Source of the DNA: Lingula anatina
Lineage: Eukaryota; Animalia; Brachiopoda
Assembly (NCBI GenBank): GCA_051362555.1
Contig: CM120640.1
Span: 39,472,788 to 39,536,787 of the forward strand
Length of the DNA: 64,000 nt
Reading direction: 5' to 3'
Shown here: piece by piece, positions 29,311 through 42,217 of the stretch
Layout: every line of letters starts with the position of its first letter
Numbering within the stretch: the stretch's first letter is position 1
Made by a program: the position numbers and the translations under genes
Notes under the pieces: generated by a model
The model's database searches: none
What the model saw: the letters and a program-made list of their open reading frames with translations, nothing else
Told to the model about the DNA's origin: nothing

Positions 29311-32300
29311 ATGGCAAATGCTGTGAATCCTCATGATCACTTTGATCCTGATGCCATACACTATGAAGATGAGGTAGACATGGAAGACAGTGAGGAGGAA
29401 GAGGAAGAAGCTTCCAATAAGCAAAATGGTGCATTGAAAACAGATCGTTATGGTTTCATGGGAGGAGGACAGTTTACAGACCCTGAATTGTAAGTAGTAG
29501 TGTGCCCTTATAGTTGTTATGAACAAAATGCCAAATAAAATTATAAAAAAAAATTGTGGAAAAAAGTAAGGAAAAGTAAATTAATAATTCACATTTACAA
29601 ATTTTTCTTCTCTGAAAAAAAAGTCAAGTATGGGACGTACAGTATACATGACAGTAGCACCCATCCCTAGATTACAAATTCGTGTCATGTGTTGATTAAC
29701 TGTTGATGATTTGGTATGGATTGTTAATATTTCACAAATCTTTGCAGTTATTTACACTTGTTTTTCCCCTAATTGTAGATTTTATTACAGATTCATATTA
29801 TCTAGACTAAGGTCTAAGCTCATATTACTTTGCTCTTTTGTGAGCCTAGAGACTGTTTGATGTTTTGATTCTTAGAAGTCATGACTGAAAGAAAAGCAGT
29901 CAAATATTAACTTATCATTCTAGTATATTGTTTATTGTGTTATATCACATTCTTTTAACATTTTCCATCTAAAAGGTATGAAAAACTAACCAAAGGGGGG
30001 AAATTGAAACCAGGCATTAAGATTATGTATTAACACATATTGGTAGAATGTGAGAAATAGTTTGTTTTCTCCAGTTAACCTTGTATGACAGATGGCTCGT
30101 GATGTGATATGGCCTGGTGTGATTGACTTAATGAGTTTTGTTTAGGTAGTTTCCTATGCAGGCTTCATAGTGCTTTAAAAGATAAAGGTCAAGCTGTTGA
30201 GATTGTTTATAGTGAGATGTTTTTCAGTATATGTATGTGCGTGTGTTTATTAAATTTTAAGATTATTATACCTATAGGTATATTACTAGTAGTTACATGT
30301 AAACAAACAAAAAAATGATAACAAGAAAAGCCTTGAAACCTTTCTTATCAGTACAACCATACTTTTTTTCTGGGGATGATTTATTTCAAATTTGGAATCA
30401 CAGTTTGGAAGAAAAAGCAATGTTTGCTTTAACCCTAAGACCTGTAGTTGCCTTAATCTGCTTGGCTAATTCAGTCATAAAGGCAAAGCATTGATTTGAT
30501 CCTCATAAATACACCAGCTCATATTTCAGTCTACATTGAAACTAGCTTATTGATATCTTATCTGCAAGTTGGCAGAAGTGGAGTGGTACTTCAACAATTC
30601 AAATACCAAGTTTCTGTAGAGATAGAAAAGTCAAAGGTTTATACTTGAAGTCTTACAGCCAAGTGCAGAAATTAGCCCTGTATATTTTCTTAAAAATGTT
30701 TTTTTTTTCTTGGCATGCTAAGAATATAATTTATGTCCAAAATTATCTTATAGTTCATAATTTGAACACTGCAGTATAAAAAGTATTTTAATAATATTTT
30801 AATCTTAAAAGATCATTTCAAGTTACCAACTGTGCAATAGGTTTTTTATCAACTTCCTTAAGACTTAATTTAATTAATGATAGCCGATAGAGTAAGATAA
30901 GAAAACCTAACATTAAGCAATGGTAAGGAGAGTGTTATATAACTCCCTGGTGAAGCACTCTAGCTGGCCTCTCTATAGTTACAACTGATAAAGCCTCCTG
31001 TCACTCAATTTGTCTGAATACAAGATCTGGAGAAGATGTATCAACACACCTAATTACAATACAAATCAATAAATAACCTGCTTAATGGGCAGTCTTAGTT
31101 GGTTCAGAATGTAGTGCATTAATTATCTGTCTGCACTAGCAGGTTCGCCTCTGGAATGTGACATATGGCAGAACAAAGAGGTCACTGGTGCACTTGTTTT
31201 TATTGACATGATGAAGAATGTGTTAATTGGGTTTTTGTTAAGATGTCTGTGAAAAATCAATGTCTGATTTACTATTTACATGCATCATTACAATCTCTTT
31301 CTCTCTCTCTCTCTCTTTTTCCTCCAGAAAAACATTAAAAATCATTATATGAAGTAAAATTAAAATATATTTAAAATTGGAAAAAGGCATCAAATTCATT
31401 TGTCATTTGTTGATATGGAAAAGCAAAAACTCAATAAATCTTTCATTTATTTAAAATTCTTTAAGCATGTTATCAAGGTGTGTTTGTATTAGGTAGATAA
31501 GAACACGTGATTTGTGATATTTTTTCCTGATATACATTGTGCACTGTATGTGGCAGTATCTATTTGGCAGTTTGTATTAAAGCTGACTCAGACAAACACT
31601 TCCTCTTAGCTCTTGATTCGTGAAGTCGCCATTATGTTCACTACTATCACACCTGAAATACTGGAGTGTATTTAATAATACCACAGGTTTTTATTATCCT
31701 GGCAAACATTACTCCAGCATGATCCATCCTTACACAGTAAACTGATTTATCTAGGAGGATAAATGTCAGTTGACGCTCTTATTTGTCGGAATAACATGTT
31801 TCGTGTCTGAATGTTTGCATTGACTGTAACTTATCTGAACTCTTCCCCGAGTACATGGAGACTGTGGTTACCATGGCAATAAAGAGATCCTGGAGTGTTT
31901 CTTTATAAGATCAAAATTGGGATCAGCTGTTCTTATAGCACTGGGAAAATTTACATGTCCTGTGAAGGATTCAATACCTCACATTTATTGATAAGTGATA
32001 ATAAGTTGCTGGCAGTGTGTGTGTACCAGACACTTTGTGGGTTACTGAAATTCTTCAGTGTTGTAGTTAATGCTGTGTGTGTGTGTGTGTGTGTGTAAGA
32101 TCGAGAGTAAAGATAATGTCATAGTGTATGTTCAACATGAATAAAATTTTGAAAAAATAACGATGAACATTAGTGATAATCAGTACATTGAGGGGTTTTT
32201 TTTTATAAAAAATAGTTAAACGTACTTTTTGTTCCCCTTTTTGGAAAACTTGCATCAAGAGCAGATGACATGTTCTTTATTTTGGTCAGTAAAAATAAGT

Positions 32301-35300
32301 TTTGTTGTCTTTTCTGATAATTCTTGTTAAGTTTCTTACGTAGTTGTTACTGCACAAAATATTTTTTTTGTTTTTTGTAGAGAATCACCCATTCCATTGG
32401 AAATTTTAAGGAAGCGAGAATTAAAATGGTTAGATATGTTAGAAAATTGGGAAAAATGGATGAGCAAAAGATTTAAGAAGGTAAATTCAATAAAGGCTAT
32501 CAACAAATGTTTTTGAATTATAGTAAAGTAAAGTTTAAGCCATGAAATATACTTTGCAATTTTGGTCTCTTCTACAATTAACTTTTAATTAAGAAATGCC
32601 AAAAAACTTAACTTGTTTTGAGAGCATGCCCAGTGCAACATTAAACCATACATAGCAGATGCTACATGAATGAATTTTTGTGAATGTGAACTCAATTGAA
32701 AATTTATTTTTTGATACAATTTTTTTTTCCCTTCAGGTAAAAGAGCGATGTCGTAAAGGTATCCCTCCTTCCATACGACCAAGAGCATGGCAGTATCTGT
32801 GTGGGAGCAAGTATTTAATGGAACATAACAGAGGAGTGTATGAGGTATATATGCAAATCTCTATATCAATAACAGCTTAAACCAATTGAGTCATTGTTTG
32901 AAATAAATTCTTTTCTACCCTTTCAAATATCACTGTGATACAAAAATATGCACACAGAAAGTTTGTTATCAGACATGACCTTTTTCTGTGGAAAAGCAGA
33001 ATTTTTTAATTTAATTCTGATGGTTCCTGAGATTTGTCAAAGTTAGGTGTTAGGTCCCATGATAAATGTTCAGACATTTTTTTGAAACCTAGGCTCATGT
33101 CTGTGTTATGATGACTTTTCTTACTTTCAAGATTTTATAGTCAAAATTGGTGACTTTGTTTCCAGGCTTACTTAAAGGAACAGGGGGAGCCCAGGTGGAT
33201 AGATGATATTAAAAAAGATCTTCACAGACAGTTTCCCTTCCATGAAATGTTTGCTGCCAGGGGAGGGCATGGGTAGGTTCATTTTTATTAATACTTTGCT
33301 GTGCAACGATCCTGATAAAACCTTCATATGAGACACTTTAATTATATAGTTTTTGGTTAGATATGATTTTTAAATTAATCTTGCATCTTAATTGAAATTT
33401 GCTAGCTTTGTTATTAATCCAGTTTACCCTATTTCATTGCTCATTCTCAGAATGTATTATAGCATATTTTGCGATGGATTTGTAGTTGATATGTGTTTGC
33501 ATAGTAAGGTTTATGCTTATTTCCCAAAAATAACAAAATGCCTGTTTCATAGATATCAGTTATACCCAATCTTGTAACAACGTCGTGACATGAAATGGTG
33601 TAAGTGAAGGCTGCATAAACATTATCATACATAATTGTTTTAGGCAAGAAGATTTGTTCAGAATATTAAAAGCCTACACCATTCACAACCCAAAGGATGG
33701 GTATTGTCAGGCCCAAGGGCCAATAGCTGCAGTGTTGCTGATGCACATGCCTGCAGAGCAAGCTTTTTGGTGCTTAGTCTCCATCTGTGACAAATACCTG
33801 CCTGGGTATTACAGTCCAGGACTGGTCAGTAGAAAGTGATGCCCTATTACAGAGAGTCATTAATCTGTTTTGATTCTTTACATAAATAGAATAAATTGCA
33901 AAATGGGGATGCTGCTTTGAGTTAAATATTCTTATTGTAGAAAGGCATTACCTTTTAACTGGAAGTTTTTTTTCAAAAAATGTCATTAAGTATTTTTGTT
34001 TAACAAATATCTTAATAAATGTCATTACGTTTAGGAAGCAGTTCAGACAGATGGGGACGTTCTGTATGGTTTGCTGAAAAAAGTAGTGCCCGCAACATAT
34101 AAACATTTGGTAAGTTGTCTTGATAATCTGCTCTTCATTGAGCTACTCATTTTTTTATTGCCAGATTTTGTATCATTATACAAGAAGTGTCTTATAATTG
34201 TATTCTTACTAAATTTAAGTAAGTAAAGGGCATATTTAGAAATCAAGTTTTTTTTAATGTCAGTGGTTGAGGATGAAATTGAGGAAGATGTATATATATA
34301 ATGCTGTATGAAGCATGCCAACCCACATTGGATAATGGTTGAATTCTCACTTGTGATTAACATCGTATATTAGACTACTGAAATTAAGGTTACCTAAATG
34401 ATTATATCTAGCTTTTGTTTGTGTAAGACTGAGCATTTCAGATTTATGAAGATTTTTTTGTTAATTTCATTGTATACTATGTTTTTTTTTTTTTTTTCAG
34501 AAAAAGCAAAAGGTTGATCCAATTTTATATATGACAGAATGGTTTATGTGTGTGTTCACCCGGACTCTGCCATGGTCATCAGTATTGAGAGTGTGGGATA
34601 TGTTCTTTTGTGAAGGTAAATAGTTATTAAATATGTTATTTATAAGCTGTAGTATTAATTTTTCATCTATAAAGATCTTGTTCGCTTGAAAATCTGTTGC
34701 TGTTAAATTTGGACCATAGGTGTAGTTTTCTTTCCTCTTTAGCATTGGCTATGATTCTTAAAAGAATACTGTGAGATGTATGCTGTTTGTTGAAACATTC
34801 AAACATGTGTTGATTTCAGGTGTAAAGGTGATGTTTAGGATTGCATTAACTTTGATCAAGTACACTCTTGGTAGACCAGAACAAATAGCAGACTGCCCTT
34901 CACTCTATGAAACTATGGAGAAAATAAGGAATTTAGCACCACAAATTCTTAGAGAGGAATTTCTAGTCAGAGAGGTATGAATTTCGCTAAGTAATAAAAA
35001 TTTGTGCTCAATCAAACTTTGTTTTCAGTCTTTTTAAAATTTAAGGAAAAACTTACCCTCATGTCCTATTCCAAGTCAGCCAAGTATAAACTATATCTCC
35101 AAAATAGAATATTAGGAATTAGTTTAAATCAGCTTTGCAGATAACATATGTATGATCTAGTGATCACATTTTTTTCACTGTTCTCTGAATAGTCCTTAAA
35201 ACTTTCCATCACTGAGCGGGACATGGAAAAGGAACATCAGTATCAACTTGCCAAAAAGAAAGCTGCAAAGGAGAAAGCAAACAAAGATTTGGGCAAGAAG

Positions 35301-35345
35301 AAGAAATCAAAATCACATTCACAATCCCCAGAATCTCCAAGCTGA
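29311..35345 (+). CDS. TBC1D10A: TBC1 domain family member 10 (TBC1D10A/B-like Rab GAP), 390 aa, 9 coding exons
   Basis: Exons 29311-29489, 32381-32480, 32737-32844, 33166-33272, 33644-33824, 34035-34109, 34501-34615, 34820-34974, 35193-35345. Motifs [32 protein letters not shown], arginine finger [15 protein letters not shown], glutamine finger [25 protein letters not shown]. Likely co-ortholog of vertebrate TBC1D10A/B/C. Confidence 0.93.
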
Positions 35346-38300
35346 CAAAGAGTACCCAAAAGCTGAAATTAAATATGAACCTAATGTGGTCTTTTTAAGA
35401 ACTTTGAGCTACCACAATGAAATGCTATTATGATGTAGGGATATATGAATGTAATGTTTTTAAATGTATGCATATCTCATGTTTTGTTCACTTGTCAGCA
35501 TACTGTTAAAGTAATAAGTTGCTGAATACCTCAAGAAATTGGTTTAAAGCTAGATAATACCAAGGAGTTATAACTCCTTGATAATACGAACAAATAACCA
35601 ATCAGTTCACCCAGTGAAGGTTCATTGAATCCTTTGAAGGAGAGTCGACTGTTATTTTATTTTATTTAAGTGTGGACTATTAGTAACTGTATATTACAGA
35701 ATATAAAGAAGTGTAGTTAGGATGGTGTTCTCCTTCGCTGTTTCTGATCTTGAACATGAAATGGTGTTACTTTTGATAATTTGCACATTATGCACAGGTC
35801 TTCAAATGTCCAAGATAAATGACAAATTTATTGAGGAATATAGATTTATTTTGGAAGAATTAGTGCCAAGGTTTATCTTAGTGGGGGGATCATAATGAGG
35901 TGCAATATTTTAATTTTTATTGGCAGTAAACAGGACATTTGATGTCTGTTTGAGTATGGTTGTATGAGAAAGTATAAAATTGTTTTAAAAAATAAAAAGA
36001 ATGACCGATATGTCTGAATTTTACAAGTTTTTTTCTGTAAAGGGGCAACTCCACCAATTTACCAAGATGGAATGCATAAACTATTATATGCATTTACAGC
36101 ATTGCCTAAATTTTTAATCAATTTGGTGCAGTTTTTCTCCATTTACTGGAAGCCTCACTTTTATAACTATGAGCATTTAGTCTGAAGTGTGATTCAGTAA
36201 ATGTTCAGTTTTTCCATTCCATGTAGAAGTCATTTCCAGTACCTGTTTAGTGTATTGGCACATGGGCAGTGTATAGATTCCAGAATGTGTCACCAAACCA
36301 GAGTGTAACTGTGACACTATACAATGTATTTATGCTCATTAGGTATACCATGCACTTGTGAAATGTAATGTCAATTTTTCTCACGCTGTAATTTTGCCAA
36401 ATACTATTTTGATGTTAATTATTTTGATACTGACTCTACTAAGTTATTTGTTGTTGGATTAGTCTATTACAAGATGTGTAGCTGTATTGGTGCTGGTCAT
36501 TGGTTTGCATTCAGTAAATTAATTATAGAATTGAGAATGCGCCATGTTTTATGTTCACGTCAGTTCATTACATGCAGGATATCATTTTAAGTCATATCAG
36601 TTATATTGAAAACATTGTTGTCAACATGCCTAAGAAATATAAACCTGGACCTTAAGTAATGTTGTTGTTTTTCTCTTTTGTACAGTGATACTTGAGCCTC
36701 AATCTATTTTTCACATTTTATATACAGACATTGTCTGTATGTATAGTCATCACCTGCACCCATCTTTGGTGGCGTTGTCGCTGCAACTTTTCACTGTAAA
36801 TTTGACAAAGGGAAAATGGGTATTTTATGCTCTTTTTTTGTGTGTAATTTGCATTTTTTTTTTTATACATTCGCATTTCCAGTCTGTCTTTGAAATCCAA
36901 AGAGATAGAATCTCTTTCCTCTTTCTGAATGTCTTTGTCACCTGTAGTACATAAGAAATTGGATATGATCCTGCATTAAAGCAGTATGCAAAATTCTTTT
37001 AAAAAATATTTTGCATACTTCCACTGTTAGCAGAATAGGGAAACCATCAAACTGTCTTCATATTAACAAGTATGATTCTTAGGACTAAAATACACCCGAT
37101 TAGATTCTTCTTAAGTAATGCAATTTTAAAAAAATTACATTTTTCACACACTGGCGTTTTCAAAATATGACTCCAGTTCCATGGACCCGAATCCCTGTGT
37201 TATTTATTAAAAGTTTGCATGGAAATCTTAATTTAAAATTTTGGGCTCTAATGATAACCAGTAGTTTTCTTTAAACATTCTTTGCGAAAAAAATACTGAT
37301 TTTGGTGACATTAATCTGCATGAATTTGGAAATTTTTCCCATAAAAAAAAAATAAAATAAAAACTTGTGCACTGCAGTCAATAATGCTTATTTTCTGCTT
37401 TATATATCTGTACAGGGTTGCTGCTTTGTTTAAACAACTCTTCCTTGGAAGGGGGAAGCTTAAAATATAATGCTAACAGTAGTGTCGTCAGCAGGAAAAT
37501 GAACAGTTAAGTCAGCAGTCAGATATCCCTAATACTAATAGTTTAGCAGTTTAAGGATTTTAAGGATCACACTTCGTTAAGTTTTTTAAAAAATCCTTTA
37601 ATACCCCAGTCCACATGTAGCATGACAAGCTGTCATGCAAGAATAAAAAACTCAACTTTATAACAACTGACTTAAGCAAAAAGTCACTTTCTACTACATC
37701 ATGGTATTCAAAACCTTTGGTCACAAATGCAGTGTTGGTATGCAACATTTCAGTCACATAGTAACTCTTATGAAAACCTTTAATAGGTCTTTTGCTAAAA
37801 ATGTGACCCAATCTTTGCACTTCGATATCCTTATTTCAAAATATCTCTCAAGACCTATGATAAAATGTCAAGGAGAAAAACTATTGCCTAGAAGACCTAG
37901 GAAAATTCAAGACAAGGCCAAGTGCTTTTAATTTGTTCTGAACTAATCACGGTCATGCTTATTGCAGAAATTAATTTAGTGAGTTTACAGGAAGATAGGT
38001 TATATCATATTTTATTTGTTTAATAATACTATATGTACCATTATACAACAATGAAATGAATTTGACAAAATAGTGCTTGAAAGTAGGACTTGTAAAGAAT
38101 AGTGATAATAATAATAATAATCACATGGGCTGTGTACATAAACTATCTTCCTATAGCTAACACTGTTTAAATTTTGTAGCTTTGGATTCATCACTACAGT
38201 AACAGTATTACAGTATTTGTTGTGGATTCTTCCCAAGGAGTACACACGGCTGAGCAACTACTCTTGAGCATGCTTAACAAAAAGAGAATCCATCTTTTTA

Positions 38301-38577
38301 TTGTAATCATCACAACTTTTATGCTCAAGTATGACCTCAATCATTTGGTAATGTCAAAGGCTGAACAGTGCTGGGCCTTCATTGGTAACAGTATAAACAA
38401 AATGTTATTGCAGAAAATGAACAAAATGTTTCAATGTTACAACTGAGATAACATGGGGGAATGTCCACCTTTACACATTTATCATAATACATTGTTCAGT
38501 CACAATATTACTAATTAACTTGCACCACAACACTTTCCATTTCAAAATATGGAACTATAACGTCTCTTGTATTTTAA

Positions 38578-39679
38578 TCAAGCAAGCATCAGCCATATAA
38601 TGAAGAAAACTGCCATAAAAAGGAACACTTGAGAAAGAAACTGTTCATCTGCATGCTGCGGTGAACCAGCTTGTGCTGAAATGAAAAAGAAAAACATGCC
38701 ATGACCACTGTGATATTTCTTATAATATTTTAGTTTTATATCGCATTGTAATACAAGAAACAGCTCTTTAATCATCTTAACCTTAATGTAAAATGGAGAA
38801 AAGAATATTTTCAATTTGTATTATACTCAAAAATGTTCCATCAATAAATCCTATCACTTACGGGGTGCAGGTCTGCCATCATTTCCAAAATTAAATGTGG
38901 ATGCAAAAAATGTGAAAGGAAAAGCTCCAATTCCAAAAGACATCTGAAAGCCGCCATCACCAAAGCCAAACCCGGGAAATGGCTGTTAAAGAAAAAAATA
39001 TATTGCTTTACATTGGAAAACAACTTTTTATAGAACTTTAGCATCAATGAAAGAGCATATTCTAAATTAGGCTTATACAAATTGTTAACACTGAAAGAAA
39101 TAAAATGTTCCGCTTTATTTTAGTACTTATATCTTCACTTTGGACTACCTTAACATATAATAATCAACATACCCCCGTATTTTCTGGTTCAGCTCTCTGC
39201 CCAGGCGGCCTTGGTGGCAACTTTTCTCTATAAACATAAATGAATTGCAGTTTTCTTCATTATATGGTCAGCGAAATTTAAAAAATTTAATTAGAGGTGG
39301 TTGTATGCATTTCCTATTTTTTAATATCGCTATTATCAGAGATGATTCTATAATCCCACATTATTCTTACAGGTTCAGCCTTAAAAACTTAAAGATCTTA
39401 CTTTTGTAGTAGAAATAACAATATTACTAAAAATAAATGTGTAGACTGATCAAAATATTAGAGCATCTCTTACAGGGCTCTTTTTCCTACCTGGGGTCCT
39501 GTTGATCTGTACTTCCTCTGCCATATAAAGGAATCACTTTATCTTTACTTATTCCAGCTTTACAAACAGGGCACACTTGCCGGGTAGGTCTGGTTTCTAA
39601 CCACTGATGGAGGCAAGGCCAACTGAAAACGAAGTAATACTTCCTTACAATATAAGTGTATAATATCAGTGGTTACTTC

Positions 39680-39722
<43 letters not shown>

Positions 39723-40278
39723 CTGCAAATCTTGCCAAGTTGGTATAATTTGGCTGACTAAACTGTTGTTGTCCCATAGCCATACCTACCTAAATGACTA
39801 TAATCAATGTTTTATTTGTGCTCTAATATATTTTAATTCAACCTAATATATACAAGAAAACAATTTCAACAGTTGAAAGGCACAGATGGCAAACAATCAA
39901 GCAGATAGATTCCCTGTGGAAACAATGCCACTGGATGATAAAAGTGCATACGTATTCCCCAGGAGCAATACATATAATTTAACTATTTTGACACCAACTA
40001 AATTACCTACCTAGACATTATGTTTACAGGCCTATGAAGAGGGTACTGTCATTTCCTTCACTAAACTTAGAACCCCATTCATATTCTGCCTTCAAGGAAT
40101 TTTTCTTTTCAAATCTTATGTAACTTTTTCCATTCAACCCGAACCCAACTTACTTAGTATGATCTACCTCACCAGATAATAATAACTTTTTCAAATAGGA
40201 AGATGTCATAAATATCACGTATGGCCTCTCTCTTGTTAGTGCTACATCAGTTGCTTTTATAAATTATACTGAAAATGC

Positions 40279-40349
<71 letters not shown>

Positions 40350-41721
40350 TTGCAGAGTATGAGACTCTCACCGAGTTTAATTTCTTTAATGGTGGGTCTT
40401 TCAAACTCCAAGAGCCTCACAAATAATTCTTTTGGGGCCCAAAGTTACGATACAATCATTTTATCAATTTTAAAGTAGTAATTGTTTTTGGGAGAAAAGG
40501 AGTAGAACCAAAAAATGAAGTTTATCTAGTTAAGGTCTAATTTGATGGTAAAAATGACTATAGATTTAGTACTGTCATTTCAAACATCAAGTAAATAATA
40601 TCACTTCAATTTTTTTAACTCCGTCAATCTTATTCAAGTTTTCCGTATTTACACAGCATACAAGAGCCATGGCAGAAGCCATTATCATTAGGCAAAAACT
40701 ATGCATGCCAGAAACTGTTTTACCAGTGGCAAGATGGATGCCATGATTTGGTAGATGTGATTAACCATGTAAAACTGAGATGGTGAGTAGGAGGAGTTTC
40801 TATCAGGTACTACTTATCTCTGTTAGGGGCAAGATTCCACGACATATGTAATGCATGGTGACAGGATTTGATTTGGCAATTAAGATCATTTCAACTTAAC
40901 TTTACCAATGCTTTTCAAACCTGAGCATAACACTCAAGCATCGAATAGTTAAAAATGTAATAGTAAATCTAAAGGTAGGTGTAAAAACATTCTCTACCAG
41001 AGGCAGGGTGGGTGATGGCATCAATTCCATAAATATATTTTCACAGGACCTCTGTGATTTTGATCAGATGATATCAATTATTTTGTCAGCTATCCAACCC
41101 TTTTGTCTTTGAGCAGCCAGGATCTCCATGTAGTACCTAGGTGCTAATTTCTTAGTACATAATCTGTCTCACGTATTTGTCTGGCAAACAAGTCATGTGA
41201 TTAAGAGGTGTTTCCCAAAACTTTGCACAGTAGTGCAAGCAATTAATGTCAGAATTAACTGACCTGACTGCTGTTAAAGAGACTTGCCAGAGTAGTTATG
41301 TAAACAGAGACCAACCCTATTATTAATTTGGTTATAGAAACTCACAGTACAGAATTTTATGTGTTAATTAAAATTAAGTTACGTGGTGATTTTGACCAAT
41401 GTGTCTGCTATTCAAATTAATTAGTACTAATTTTATCTAGAGACAAACCAATTAGTGGCACTGGTGGTATAACCACTACAAGTACAATGTACACGACACA
41501 GCCTATAACAAATTGTCAACTACATATGTCTGGGACTTAATATCTTACATTCCCTCAGCATCTTACCAAAATAAATGTCCACACATACTGACGACTGCAT
41601 CTCTTGCTGTGTCCAAACATATATTGCACTCGAAATTTTTACTGTCCTCTTTTTCATGATCTTGACTCGCCGAGCCGGAGGCATCAGAATTAGGAGAATC
41701 TGAGGTTACTCGGCTTGCCAT
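38578..41721 (-). CDS. RNF185: RING-type E3 ubiquitin ligase RNF185/RNF5 family, 186 aa, 5 exons
   Basis: Exons 41721-41567, 39622-39491, 39227-39173, 38982-38862, 38675-38578. C3HC4 [48 protein letters not shown], then [35 protein letters not shown] and C-terminal [25 protein letters not shown]. Confidence 0.93.
39683..39721. repeat. (CA)n microsatellite in RNF185 intron 1
   Basis: Seen directly. Confidence 0.95.
40282..40346. repeat. (AT)n microsatellite in RNF185 intron 1
   Basis: Seen directly; it produces the spurious IYIYIY ORF in the track. Confidence 0.95.
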
Positions 41722-42217
41722 TTTGAACCTTGAATATTCACGGGCTTCTCTAAGTGTCCAACAAGCCCAAGATTACGCTACGTGTTATTAAAGCTTCTAT
41801 TATGGCAAATTCATTTCTTGTCATACGACATCTCAACGCGGAAGTTGCTTAATGTTGACGTGATGTACTCATGCGCATAGTGAGGTTTGTATAAAACAAA
41901 GAATACATCACCGATATGAATATAGCGTTTATTACATTTCAGGGTATCAAAAAATATTGTATTAAGCCGACAATTTTTTCCACTCTATTATTTCTCTCTT
42001 TAAGGGTTAGTGCAAATGCCGCACTTGAAAAACAGATAAAATGCATTTTTTGGTTTTTACTAATAGCATACAGATAAAAAAGAACCGTGTAAAACCGGAT
42101 GTTTTCATTCCAGACTAAGAATGAAACATCTATTATGATTGGTCTAAAGATTGGCAGCCACTGCTGCTTTGCAGGTCGTCTGTGGCACTGCGAAGTTTTT
42201 TAATATTTGATTGTATA
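41722..42217. promoter_or_regulatory. Bidirectional promoter, RNF185 / HECTD4
   Basis: Only 496 bp separate the two start codons. CpG-enriched; ETS-like gcggaagt (41838) and accggatgt (42094), TGACGTGA (41856), catgcgcat (41870), two inverted CCAAT boxes (gattgg at 42137 and 42149). Confidence 0.7.

Noticed and set aside
35343-35366. Stop-codon readthrough at the TBC1D10 TGA-C context
   Set aside because: Would add only 7 residues with no recognisable signal; context is not the strong UGA-CUAG motif.
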